From assembly GCA_030066685.1 (NCBI GenBank), contig JASJBF010000002.1, positions 225,847 to 289,846 of the forward strand: a stretch of DNA of 64,000 nt, given 5' to 3'. Origin of the DNA: Kiloniellales bacterium. GTDB lineage: Bacteria > Pseudomonadota > Alphaproteobacteria > Kiloniellales > JAKSBE01. A program made the translations under genes and the position numbers. The stretch's first letter is position 1; the number at the start of each line of letters is the position of its first letter. Shown here piece by piece: positions 28,447 through 38,060 of the stretch. The notes under the pieces were generated by a model, which saw nothing but the letters and a program-made list of their open reading frames with translations, was not told the origin of the DNA and did no database searches.

Positions 28447-29109
28447 GTGAAGATCGTAATCTGGATGCTGAAGCTGCTGCCGCTGGTGGCGGCGATCCTG
28501 TTCCTGCACTTCTACCTGCCGTCCAAGGACGTCGTGCGGATCGTCGACACCGACGTCAAGCGCATGGACGTGGTCTCCAAGGACTTCGTCGGCGAGGGCA
28601 AGGACGGCGCGCCGGCCCGGACCCGTGACGTGCGCTTCATCAACGCGGTCTGGCCCGACGGCAAGCCCCGGGTCTACCGCAACGAGGAGACGGACTGGAG
28701 CTTCCCCTGGTACTTCAAGTTCGATTCCGGGAACCTCCAGACCGAGGCCCAGGACCTGCGGTCGACCAAGAACGAGCCGATCTGGGTGGTGATCACCCAC
28801 TATGGCTGGCGCTTCGAGATCCTGTCGATGTTCCCCAATGCGGTCGAGATCGAGCGCGTCGAAGATCCGGACCACTTCCCGGTCCCCTGGTTCCGCATCG
28901 TCTTCTTCGTTCTCTTCGCTGCCTTGGCGCTCTGGCTCTGGTACCTTTGGCGCTGGTTCGTCGAGGTCCGCTGGAAGCCCTTCCTGGCCGAGCTGGCGAT
29001 CGACGACCGCTTCGAGAACGCCTCCAACGCATTCGGCCAGGTCTGGCGCTGGTTCAAGGCCAACCTCGGCGACCGCTTCGGTGGCCGGCGCAAGCCCGGA
29101 CGCGGCTGA
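28447..29109 (+). CDS. DUF1523-like membrane protein
   Basis: GTG start after AAGGAAAGG. N-terminal transmembrane segment then FLHFYLPSKDVVRIVDTDVKRMD, which resembles DUF1523 members from memory. A second transmembrane segment lies near the C-terminus. Confidence 0.6.
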   Translation: MKIVIWMLKLLPLVAAILFLHFYLPSKDVVRIVDTDVKRMDVVSKDFVGEGKDGAPARTRDVRFINAVWPDGKPRVYRNEETDWSFPWYFKFDSGNLQTEAQDLRSTKNEPIWVVITHYGWRFEILSMFPNAVEIERVEDPDHFPVPWFRIVFFVLFAALALWLWYLWRWFVEVRWKPFLAELAIDDRFENASNAFGQVWRWFKANLGDRFGGRRKPGRG

Positions 29110-29214
29110 GTCACGTGGCCATCTCGGCCTCGGCTTGATCGAGGTCAATAGCCCGGCGCGGCAGGGCGGCTAAGCTCGGCCTCGCTGGTCCAGGTTTCCC
29201 CGAGGGAGGGCAAA

Positions 29215-29589
29215 ATGCTGAAGCGCGGGTTCAAGGCGATGCTGGCCGAGGCGAACGCCGTGATCGAGACGGTCGCGGTGCACGATCTGCCCTATGCCCA
29301 GGAGGATAGCGATACGCTCCTGGTCGACGTGCGCGAGACGGTCGAGCGCGAAAGCGAGGGGCTGATCCCCGGCTCGCTCCATGCGCCGCGCGGCCTGCTG
29401 GAGTTCCACGCCGACCCCGAGAGCCCGATCTACAAGGAGGAGCTGACGCCCGACCGCCGGATCATCCTCTACTGCGGCACCGGCGGACGCTCGGCGCTGG
29501 CGGCCAAGACCCTGATGGACATGGGCTTTTCCGACGTCGCTTCGCTGGCCGGCGGCTTCGCCGCCTGGCGCAAGGCGAAGGACGACTAG
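29215..29589 (+). CDS. rhodanese-domain sulfurtransferase
   Basis: A 124 aa protein with active-site loop YCGTGGRS. Confidence 0.85.
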   Translation: MLKRGFKAMLAEANAVIETVAVHDLPYAQEDSDTLLVDVRETVERESEGLIPGSLHAPRGLLEFHADPESPIYKEELTPDRRIILYCGTGGRSALAAKTLMDMGFSDVASLAGGFAAWRKAKDD

Positions 29590-29942
29590 ACCGCGGGCGG
29601 TCGGCCAAACCCGATCGCTGGCCGGGCCTGGATCGGCCGCCGGCCTCCGGGTGGAGTCTGGCGGCCTGGTTGTTTCGAAGCCCCCTTGTCCGGCCCCCAC
29701 GGCGCTGGACTGGCTCGGCAGGACAAAGCTCTGCGCCCTCGCAACGGTGCTTCTCGCGGTGATCTCCCTGGCCGACCGGGCTCTCGCGAGACTCCGGCTT
29801 CCCCCGTCGTGGAATTGAAATCGCGCCCCGCCTCGGAGCGCGGCCCGCAGAGGATCGCTTTGCGCTGCATTCGAGGCCGGTATAGAAGGGTTCGGTGACG
29901 TCGTGGTGGCGTGGTGACCGACCGCCGGTCAGGGGGCGAGGC

Positions 29943-30443
29943 ATGCGACTCGAAAAGATCGAACAGAACGTCGGCTGGATCCGCATGATCAGCATTATTG
30001 CGGTCGTGGCCTCGGGCTTCGGCTCGCTGCTGATGTTCGTGATCGGTGCGGTCAAGGTCTTCCGGGCCTATGTCACCTATCTCGGGCCGGATCTGCTGAC
30101 GAAGAAGGTCCCGAACGAATCGGCGAACCTGGCCATCGCCCTGGTCGTGCAGGCGATCGACGCCTTTCTGATCGCGCTCGTCCTGCTGATCTTTGGGAAG
30201 GGGATCTACAGCCTCTTCGTGCACGAGCTCGACGACGATCACCCGAAGGTCAAGGGCTGGCTGGGCATCCAGAGCATCTCCCACTTGAAAGCCATTCTGG
30301 CGGAACTCGTGATCATCATCCTCATGGTGAAGTTCCTCGAGAGCGCGCTGCGGACCTTCGGCGGGTATCAGTGGGAGATGCTGATCCTGCCCTTGGGCGT
30401 CCTCATGCTGGCGGGCGCGGTCCGGCTCCTGGAATTGAGGTAG
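29943..30443 (+). CDS. YqhA/UPF0114 family membrane protein
   Basis: MRLEKIEQNVGWIRMISIIAVVASGFGSLLMF.. with four transmembrane helices resembles E. coli YqhA. Confidence 0.75.
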   Translation: MRLEKIEQNVGWIRMISIIAVVASGFGSLLMFVIGAVKVFRAYVTYLGPDLLTKKVPNESANLAIALVVQAIDAFLIALVLLIFGKGIYSLFVHELDDDHPKVKGWLGIQSISHLKAILAELVIIILMVKFLESALRTFGGYQWEMLILPLGVLMLAGAVRLLELR

Positions 30444-30900
30444 TCGCCTCTCTCGCCGGCAAGAAATCGCCGGGCGCAACATTTGAACTCTTCCCCAGTA
30501 TTATTGGAACAATTCTGTCTTTTTCTGGCTTGGATCCGATTCTGTCTTGAACCGGATTCGGCTCCGGCCTATAACCCGCGTCCGCCCGGACGACGGGCGG
30601 CCTTTGCAAGCAGTGGAAACGGCAATGACGCAAGAGTCATTCAACGAAAGCCGGCCATCAGGGCCGGAGGACACCAGGGCCTGACCCGGGCGTTTCCGCT
30701 CGTGTCTTGCCCGAGAGCGATCGACGAGAAAGGGCGAGACACATGAGACAATCCATCATGACATAGGCGAAAAGCCGGCACCCTTCGCTAGGTGACCGGG
30801 CTTCATTCCTTTGGTCATTTCCTCCGTGGTCCGGGCTCCGAAGGCCCGGCCGGCGCGCCCGGCGTCCGTAATGCGCCCCGCGTGTATCGAGTTTGACCGT

Positions 30901-30973
30901 GCCGATGTAGCTCAGTGGGAGAGCGCCGGGCGCGAGCGCCCGGAGGTCGCGGGTTCGAGTCCCGTCATCGGAA
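30901..30973 (+). tRNA. tRNA-like gene with a non-canonical anticodon arm; identity undetermined, possibly a pseudogene
   Basis: Canonical D arm (GCTC-AGTGGGA-GAGC) and T arm (GCGGG-TTCGAGT-CCCGT), and a 6/7 paired acceptor stem. The anticodon arm is CCGGG-CGCGAGCG-CCCGG (8-nt loop) or a 6 bp stem with a 6-nt loop. There is no U at position 33 and a G1-A72 mismatch. Confidence 0.5.
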
Positions 30974-30974
30974 C

Positions 30975-31047
30975 CCGAATGTAGCTCAGTGGGTAGAGCA
31001 CTGGACTGATAATCCAGGAGTCGAGGGTTCGATTCCCTCCATTCCGC
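30975..31047 (+). tRNA. tRNA-Ile (anticodon GAU)
   Basis: Cloverleaf: acceptor CCGAATG/CATTCCG (C2-C71 mismatch), D arm GCTC-AGTGGGTA-GAGC, anticodon arm CTGGA-CTGATAA-TCCAG, T arm GAGGG-TTCGATT-CCCTC. It starts 1 nt after the preceding tRNA-like gene. Confidence 0.75.
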
Positions 31048-31430
31048 AGCCTGAAACGCTGCTCCACCTTCTAAGTGGATGACCTTTTTTGAGGGTGCCG
31101 GAAGGGGGCCAGACCCCGAAGGGTTCCGCAGCTTCGGCGGCGGGCGCCACGGGGTCGGGCGCCACGGTGCCCTGTGCCGCGCGTCCCGCCGGCCTCTCCC
31201 GCCGCGGCGCGGCAACGGGCACGCCGGTCCGGTTCCGGGATCCTTCGGGAGCCCGCGGCGGCCGGCACCCTCGGCGCCGCCCCACGGCGGGCGGGTCCGG
31301 CGGCCGCACGGCCCGCGCCGCGGCGTCGGTGCCCTTCCGGTTGCCCCGCACAGCAAATGATTGATTTGGAACTTTTCTGTTCCCCCACGTGCAGAAAGAA
31401 GACGTGACGAGAGAAGAAAGGAGAAGACCG

Positions 31431-32570
31431 ATGGTCATGAAGACCGAACGGATTGCGGACACGGAGCTGGGTCTCCTGTACCGCGACCGGGTCTTCCAGA
31501 AGGTTCTGGGACCCGGGGTTCACCGCCGGCTGCCGAACATGTCGGTGCGTACCGAGGTCCGCAAGCTGGACCTGCGGGCGCTGCCGGTCCGCGATGCCGC
31601 GCTGGAGGCGCTCTACCTGACGCGTCCCGACGCGGTCGCCCAGCACTTCGCCGTGGCGGACGTGGCCGACAACGAGCTCGGCCTGGTCTTCGCCGACGGC
31701 AAGCTGGTCGACCTGGTCGGGCCGGGCGGGCGGGCCTTCTACGCCAAGAACCTGCGGCAGATCGACGTCCGCATCCTTGATGCCGCGGCCGAGGTCGAGG
31801 CGCCGAAGGAGCTGGTCGCGCCGCTGGCCCGGCTGAAGGACCAGGCTCTGGTCCTGCTGGTCGAGGTCCCGAGCGACCACGTCGGCCTGCTCTACGTCGA
31901 CGGCGTGCTCCAGCGGCAGCTCAAGGCCGGGCGCTACGCCTTCATCCGGGCGGCGCGCCGGGTCGATGCCGTGACCCTGGACCTGCGCCTCCAGACCCTG
32001 GAGGTGACCGGCCAGGAGGTTCTGACCAAGGACCGCATCGGCCTGCGGGCCAACGTGACGGCCGTGTTCCGGATCGCCGATCCGATCCAGGCCGTCTCGA
32101 TCACGGCGAACCTGCGCGACCACATCTACAAGGAGCTCCAGTTCGCTCTGCGTCAGGTGGTCGGCACCCGGACCCTCGAGGAGGTGCTGGGTGACAAGCA
32201 GGGCATCAACGCGGCGATCGCCGAGCGGCTGGTGCCGCAGCTGGCGGCCAACGGCCTGACGGTGACCTCCGTCGGTGTCAAGGACATCATCCTGCCCGGC
32301 GACGTGCGGGAGCTGATGAACCGGGTCATCGAGGCGGAGAAGACCGCGCAGGCCAACGTGATCAAGCGCCGGGAGGAGACCGCGGCGACGCGCTCCCTCC
32401 TGAACACGGCCAAGCTGATGGAGGACAACCCGATCCTCCTGCGGCTGAAGGAGCTGGAGGCGCTTGAGAAGGTCTCGGAGAAGGTCGGCAACGTCATCGT
32501 CGGAAACGGCATGGACGGTGTCCTCGACGACCTGGTCCGGATCAAGCCGCGCAAGCGAAAGGAGGACTGA
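31431..32570 (+). CDS. SPFH/band-7 (stomatin/prohibitin-like) domain protein
   Basis: C-terminal half ..LTKDRIGLRANVTAVFRIADP..TLEEVLGDKQGINAAIAERL..VGVKDIILPGDVRELMNRVIEAEKTAQANVIKRREE is a classic SPFH pattern. AAAGGAGA precedes ATG 31431. Confidence 0.8.
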   Translation: MVMKTERIADTELGLLYRDRVFQKVLGPGVHRRLPNMSVRTEVRKLDLRALPVRDAALEALYLTRPDAVAQHFAVADVADNELGLVFADGKLVDLVGPGGRAFYAKNLRQIDVRILDAAAEVEAPKELVAPLARLKDQALVLLVEVPSDHVGLLYVDGVLQRQLKAGRYAFIRAARRVDAVTLDLRLQTLEVTGQEVLTKDRIGLRANVTAVFRIADPIQAVSITANLRDHIYKELQFALRQVVGTRTLEEVLGDKQGINAAIAERLVPQLAANGLTVTSVGVKDIILPGDVRELMNRVIEAEKTAQANVIKRREETAATRSLLNTAKLMEDNPILLRLKELEALEKVSEKVGNVIVGNGMDGVLDDLVRIKPRKRKED

Positions 32571-32623
32571 ACTGGGGCCGGGACCTTCAGGGTTCCGGCC
32601 CCGACCGGTTCGGAAAGGGCGAG

Positions 32624-33343
32624 ATGCGCGAAGACATGTTCAAGATGATCGTCGAGCGACCGCGACGCGGGGTCCGCAGGGCGCACAGGGTCAAGTCGCG
32701 TCTCGACCCGCTGCCTGAGCGCACTAAGGTCGGCATGAAGCGGAGCGCCTTCGAACAGAAGGGAAGAATGAAGTGGTTGAACGAGAACCTTGCCCCGCTT
32801 CGGCGTTATCTGCGGAAGCAGCGCGGCCGGCCCTGGGACAAAGTCTACAGCGAGATCTGCGCACGGCTCGACACTCGCAGCACGGTCAAGCAGCACGTTC
32901 GCGACCATCTGCAGGACTTGATCGTGGTGAAGGCGATGGTGGCGAAGGATGGGGCGCTGTTGGAACTTGGACATTGGGGAGACCCTCGGCCGCTTCATGC
33001 CTCCCGATGCGAGCTCTACGTCGATCCTAGGGACGGGATCATCAAGGAGGTTGCCGCGCTGCGGCGAAAATTGGGTTTACCGATTTCCCGCAGAGCGCGG
33101 CGGCGGAGACCAGGGTCGAAGAGAAATGACGTCATACCGCTGGCCGAGTTCGAGGATCTCAAGCGGATCGACGGGATCTGGTACCGCCTGCGCTACCTGC
33201 CTTTGGCCGGAACGCTCCGGCCCGAGTGCGGCTGTCGGCGCTGCCGCCCTTTGCCCATCGACACGCGGCCCCTTGCGGAAAAGCGTCAGCTTTCGAAGGC
33301 CGAGCTCAGGCGCCGAGGCCTGAGCAACCAAGTCGCCGTCTGA
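32624..33343 (+). CDS. basic hypothetical protein
   Basis: A 239 aa Arg/Lys-rich protein with no recognisable domain. Could be shorter. Confidence 0.4.
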   Translation: MREDMFKMIVERPRRGVRRAHRVKSRLDPLPERTKVGMKRSAFEQKGRMKWLNENLAPLRRYLRKQRGRPWDKVYSEICARLDTRSTVKQHVRDHLQDLIVVKAMVAKDGALLELGHWGDPRPLHASRCELYVDPRDGIIKEVAALRRKLGLPISRRARRRRPGSKRNDVIPLAEFEDLKRIDGIWYRLRYLPLAGTLRPECGCRRCRPLPIDTRPLAEKRQLSKAELRRRGLSNQVAV

Positions 33344-33356
33344 CGCCGCCGCCCGC

Positions 33357-34658
33357 TCACGACGCTGAGGCGTGCTCCGGCGCCTCGGTTGCTTCGACCG
33401 CATCCTCCTCCGTCTCGTACTCGACCAGCAGTGGGTCGATCGGCATGGTGCCGGGGCTGGCGGCGAAGGTCGCCATCTGGCCCTCGTAGTCGGACTCCGG
33501 GGCCTCGCGCTGGAACATGCGGGCGAAGGCGAAGAGGCCGAGGCCGATCATGGCGAAGGCGACGAAGACGAAGAGCCCGCCCGGCCCCAGCCGGTCCATC
33601 AGCACGGAGGCGAGCGGCGAGGCGACCGCCGAGCCCAGGCTGAAGGTCAGAATCAGCGCCGCAGCGGCCGAGACGATGGAATCCTCGGGCAGCCAGTCGT
33701 TGGTGTAGGCGATGACGATGGCGTAGAGCGGGAATATCGCGGCGCCGGTAACCACGGCGCCCAGCAGCACGCTCTCCCAGGACAGCGGGCCGGACAGCGC
33801 CAGGCTGGCGAAGGCGGCGCAGCCGGCCCCACCCAGGGTCGCGGCCACGGCGATCACCTTGCGCCGGTCGAAGTGGTCGGACAGCCAGCCGATGGGGAAC
33901 TGGAAGACCAGGCCGGCGAGCAGGGCCGTGGTCATGAAGTAGGAGACCTGGTCCGCGCTCAGGCCGGCGCTGCTCCCGAAGACCGGCGCCAGGCCGACGA
34001 AGGCGCCCTGGGCCGAGCCGACGCAGAGGATGCCGATCATGCCCAGCGGGGTCTCCTTGTAGAGCCGCTTCAAGGTAAAGGCGTCGCGCTCGGTGGCCTC
34101 CGGGGTCGCGGGGACGCTCGCCCGGGTCATGGTGATCGGCACCAGGGCGAAGGAGACGATCATCGAGGCCAGGATGAAGAGGAAGAAGCCTTGCGCGTCG
34201 CCGAGGGTCGCCAGCATCGGCCCGATCGAGAAACCGCCGAAGACCGCGACCGCGTAGATCGACAGCAGGCGGCCGCGGACCTCGTTGCCGGCCTGGGCGT
34301 TCAGCCAGCTCTCGACCACGGTATAGAGGCCGGCGAAGCAGAAGCCGATGACGAAGCGGAAGGCGATCCAGGCCAGCGGCTCCGGCCAGAGCGGGTGCGC
34401 CAGGACCACGCCGGAGACGGTCGAGGCCAGGGCGGCAAAGGTCCGGATGTGGCCGATCGCGCGGATCAGGTTCAGGCAGTAGAGCGAGCCGGCCGCGAAG
34501 CCCAGGAAATAGGCCGCCGTGATCGCGCCCATGGCGTAGACCGAGAAGCCCTCGAGCCCGGCGCGCACGCCCAGCACCACGAACTGCAGGCTGTTGCCGG
34601 CCAGCAGCAGGGCGAAGCAGACGATCAGGGTCGTCACGTTGAGCAGCAAGTGGCGCAT
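33357..34658 (-). CDS. MFS transporter
   Basis: A 433 aa protein with about 12 transmembrane helices and MFS-like loops (GRLLSIYAVAVFGG, LGSAVASPL). Confidence 0.85.
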   Translation of the reverse strand: MRHLLLNVTTLIVCFALLLAGNSLQFVVLGVRAGLEGFSVYAMGAITAAYFLGFAAGSLYCLNLIRAIGHIRTFAALASTVSGVVLAHPLWPEPLAWIAFRFVIGFCFAGLYTVVESWLNAQAGNEVRGRLLSIYAVAVFGGFSIGPMLATLGDAQGFFLFILASMIVSFALVPITMTRASVPATPEATERDAFTLKRLYKETPLGMIGILCVGSAQGAFVGLAPVFGSSAGLSADQVSYFMTTALLAGLVFQFPIGWLSDHFDRRKVIAVAATLGGAGCAAFASLALSGPLSWESVLLGAVVTGAAIFPLYAIVIAYTNDWLPEDSIVSAAAALILTFSLGSAVASPLASVLMDRLGPGGLFVFVAFAMIGLGLFAFARMFQREAPESDYEGQMATFAASPGTMPIDPLLVEYETEEDAVEATEAPEHASAS

Positions 34659-34967
34659 CGGGTGGCTCCGGCTCGGCGCAAGTCTTTGGCCAGAGTTGGT
34701 TCAGACCGGAAACGGCCGCCAATCTGCGCCGGCACGGCCGGAAATGCTGTCTTGGGAGCGAAACCGGAGATGCCGTTTTGAGGCAATTCGATGGCGGCGC
34801 TGGCGCGGGGCAGACCCGGTTGACCCAGGTCAAGTACGCCTTGGCCGGCCGGGGCTATCTTCCCCTCCGGACTTTGCTTGCCTATGCTTTGGCCGTAAGG
34901 CCGGGGCAGGGGCGCTGCTGCAGCGATCCGGCGCAGAGCCGGCAAGAAAAGCAAGAGGAGGCAGGGG

Positions 34968-36860
34968 ATGAGCCGTTTCGACGAGGTGCAGGCGCGGTCG
35001 CTGTCCGATCCGGAAGGGTTCTGGGGCGAGGCGGCCCAGGGGCTGCATTGGGACAAGACCTGGGACCGGGTGCTGGACGACTCCAACCCGCCCTTCTACC
35101 GCTGGTTCCCCGGCGGCGTGCTCAACACCTGCTACAACGCCCTCGACCGCCACGCCGACGGCGGCCGCGGCGAGCAGGCGGCACTGATCTACGACAGCCC
35201 GGTCACCGACACGATCCGCAGCTACAGCTATCGCGAGCTGCGCGACCTGGTGGCCAGCTTCGCCGGGGCCATGGCCGCCAAAGGGGTCGGCAAGGGCGAT
35301 CGGGTCATCGTCTACATGCCGATGGTGCCGGAGGCGGCGATCGCCATGCTGGCCTGCGCCCGCCTGGGGGCCATCCACTCGGTGGTCTTCGGCGGCTTCG
35401 CGGCCAGCGAGCTGGCGACCCGGATCGACGACGCCAAGCCGAAGATGATCGTCTCGGCCTCCTGCGGCATCGAGCCGGGCCGGGTCGTGGCCTACAAGCC
35501 GCTGCTCGACAAGGCGATCGAGCTGGCCGAGCACAAGGTCGGGGCCTGCATCATCCTGCAGCGTCCGATGGAGCGGGCGGAGATGGTCCCCGGCCGCGAC
35601 CACGACTGGGAGGAGGTCGCCGCGACCGCCGCGCCTCACGACTGCGTGCCGGTGCTGGCGACCGACCCGCTCTACATCCTCTACACTTCGGGGACCACCG
35701 GGCAGCCCAAGGGCATCGTGCGCGACAACGGCGGCCACGCCGTGGCCCTGTACTGGAGCATGAAGAACATCTACGACGTCGAGCCGGGCGAGGTCTATTG
35801 GGCCGCCTCCGACGTCGGCTGGGTGGTCGGCCACTCCTACATCGTCTATGCACCGCTGCTGCACGGCAACACCACCGTGATGTACGAGGGCAAGCCGGTC
35901 GGCACGCCGGATCCCGGCGCCTTCTGGCGGGTGATCTCGCAGCACGGGATCTCGACCATGTTCACCGCGCCGACCGCCTTCCGCGCGATCCGCCAGCAGG
36001 ATCCGGAGGGCGAGCACATCGGCCGCTACGACCTCTCGAAGTTCCGGGCGCTGTTCCTGGCCGGCGAGCGCTGCGACCCGGACACCCTGCACTGGGCGGA
36101 GGAGAAGCTGCAGGTTCCGGTGATCGACCACTGGTGGCAGACCGAGACCGGCTGGGCGATCGCCGCCAACTGCCTGGGCATCGAGCAGCTGCCGGTCAAG
36201 GCCGGCTCGCCGACCCGGGCGGCGCCGGGCTGGGACGTCCGGGTCCTGGACAACGAGGGCCGGCCGGTCGGCCCCGGCGACATCGGTGCCATCGTGGTCA
36301 AGCTGCCGATGCCGCCTTCCTCGCTGCCGACCCTGTGGCAGGCCGAGGACCGCTTCCGCCAGGCCTATCTGACCGAGTATCCCGGCCACTACCAGACCGG
36401 CGACGCCGGCTACATCGACGAGGACGGCTACATCTTCGTCATGTCGCGCACCGACGACATCATCAACGTCGCCGGGCACCGGCTTTCGACCGGAGCCATG
36501 GAGGAGGTCCTGGCTGCCCACCCCGACGTTGCCGAATGCGCGGTGGTCGGCGTGCACGACAAGCTCAAGGGCCAGCTGCCGGTCGGCTTCCTGGTGCTCA
36601 AGGCCGGGGCCGAGCGCGAGGACGAGGAGATCGTCAAGGAAGTGGTCCAGATGGTCCGCAATGAGATCGGCCCGGTCGCGGCCTTCAAGCTAGCCACGGT
36701 GGTCAAGCGCCTGCCCAAGACCCGCTCCGGCAAGATCCTGCGCGGCACCATGCGCCAGATCGCCGACGGCGAGGCCTACAAGGTGCCGGCCACCATCGAC
36801 GACCCGGTGATCCTGGAAGAGATCACCGACTCCCTGCGCGGCATCGGCTACGGCGGGTAA
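34968..36860 (+). CDS. prpE: propionate-CoA ligase / acetyl-CoA synthetase family
   Basis: A 630 aa protein with AMP-binding YTSGTTGQPKG plus ..WWQTETG..YQTGDAGYIDEDGY..PKTRSGKILR. Confidence 0.85.
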   Translation: MSRFDEVQARSLSDPEGFWGEAAQGLHWDKTWDRVLDDSNPPFYRWFPGGVLNTCYNALDRHADGGRGEQAALIYDSPVTDTIRSYSYRELRDLVASFAGAMAAKGVGKGDRVIVYMPMVPEAAIAMLACARLGAIHSVVFGGFAASELATRIDDAKPKMIVSASCGIEPGRVVAYKPLLDKAIELAEHKVGACIILQRPMERAEMVPGRDHDWEEVAATAAPHDCVPVLATDPLYILYTSGTTGQPKGIVRDNGGHAVALYWSMKNIYDVEPGEVYWAASDVGWVVGHSYIVYAPLLHGNTTVMYEGKPVGTPDPGAFWRVISQHGISTMFTAPTAFRAIRQQDPEGEHIGRYDLSKFRALFLAGERCDPDTLHWAEEKLQVPVIDHWWQTETGWAIAANCLGIEQLPVKAGSPTRAAPGWDVRVLDNEGRPVGPGDIGAIVVKLPMPPSSLPTLWQAEDRFRQAYLTEYPGHYQTGDAGYIDEDGYIFVMSRTDDIINVAGHRLSTGAMEEVLAAHPDVAECAVVGVHDKLKGQLPVGFLVLKAGAEREDEEIVKEVVQMVRNEIGPVAAFKLATVVKRLPKTRSGKILRGTMRQIADGEAYKVPATIDDPVILEEITDSLRGIGYGG

Positions 36861-37262
36861 AAAAAGTGGCGCGTCCTTGCAGAGCGGGGGCTGGACGCGC
36901 CTAGTTCACAGGGAGTCATCGGGCCAAAGGGTCGTCAGGCCGCGGCCTTGTCCGGCACCTCCTCGGCGAGCAGGACTGTCAGGGCGCCGGCCCAGCCGTT
37001 GGCACGGCAGGCCCGCAGCGCGCCCTCCCGGCCGAGCTTGGCCCGAAGGTCCTGGGCCAGGTGCTCGTGGGGCGCCGGTGCCGCGATCTCGCGGCCGCCC
37101 AGGAGGCGCGGCGCGGGCCTTTGGATATTCGGTTTCAAGGTCGTCATCTCTCGGCTCGCGTCCCGGTTTTGGTTTGGGGCTCTGCGCTGCGGCTCGGTTG
37201 AAGCCTCCGGCGCCGCGTGGCAGCTTCTGTTCTCGATAACGAAACCGGGTGAGGGTTATTCC

Positions 37263-38039
37263 ATGCGCCTGAAGGACAAGGTTGCCGTCGTCACCGGTGC
37301 GGCGCGCGGCATCGGCCGCGCCTGCGCCGGGTGCCTGGCCGCGGAGGGGGCCAAGGTGGTGCTCTCCGACGTCGAGGAGGCGGGCGGCGAGGCGGCGGCC
37401 GAGGCGCTGCAGGCCGAGGGCGCCGAGGCGCTCTTCGTACCCTGCGACGTCGGCGACAAGGCGCAGGTCGAGGCCCTGGTCGAGCGCAGCGTCGCCGCCT
37501 ACGGCGGCATCGACACCGCGGTCGCCAACGCCGCCATCGTCAAGGCCGCCGACTTCCTCGACTTCACCGAGGAGGACTTCGACGAAGTGATCCGGGTCAA
37601 CCTCAAGGGCGTCTTTCTCACCGGCCAGGCGGTGGCCCGCCAGATGGTCGCCCAGGGGCGGGGCGGGACCATCGTCAACATGTCCTCGGTCAACGCGGTC
37701 ATGGCGATTCCCTCGATCCTGCCCTACGTGGTCGCAAAGGGCGGGGTCAACCAGCTGACCAAGGTCATGGCGCTCGCCCTGGCCGAGCATGGTATCCGGG
37801 TCAACGCCATCGGTCCCGGCTCGATCGCCACCGAGCTGGCCGCGTCCGTCCTCGCCGACCCGGAGAAACGCCGCGGCGCGCTTTGCCGCACCCCCCTCGG
37901 CCGCTTCGGCGAGCCTGAGGAGATCGGCAAGGTTGCGGTCTTCCTGGCCTCCGAGGACTCGAGCTACATCACCGGTCAGACCCTCTACCCCGACGGCGGC
38001 CGCCTGGCGTTGAACTACACCGTGCCGGTGCCGGAGTAG
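37263..38039 (+). CDS. SDR-family oxidoreductase
   Basis: TGAARGIGRA (TGxxxGIG cofactor motif), NAAI, and the catalytic YVVAKGG (YxxxK). Confidence 0.85.
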   Translation: MRLKDKVAVVTGAARGIGRACAGCLAAEGAKVVLSDVEEAGGEAAAEALQAEGAEALFVPCDVGDKAQVEALVERSVAAYGGIDTAVANAAIVKAADFLDFTEEDFDEVIRVNLKGVFLTGQAVARQMVAQGRGGTIVNMSSVNAVMAIPSILPYVVAKGGVNQLTKVMALALAEHGIRVNAIGPGSIATELAASVLADPEKRRGALCRTPLGRFGEPEEIGKVAVFLASEDSSYITGQTLYPDGGRLALNYTVPVPE

Positions 38040-38060
38040 GAAGAAGCCCGGCCACGAGAG

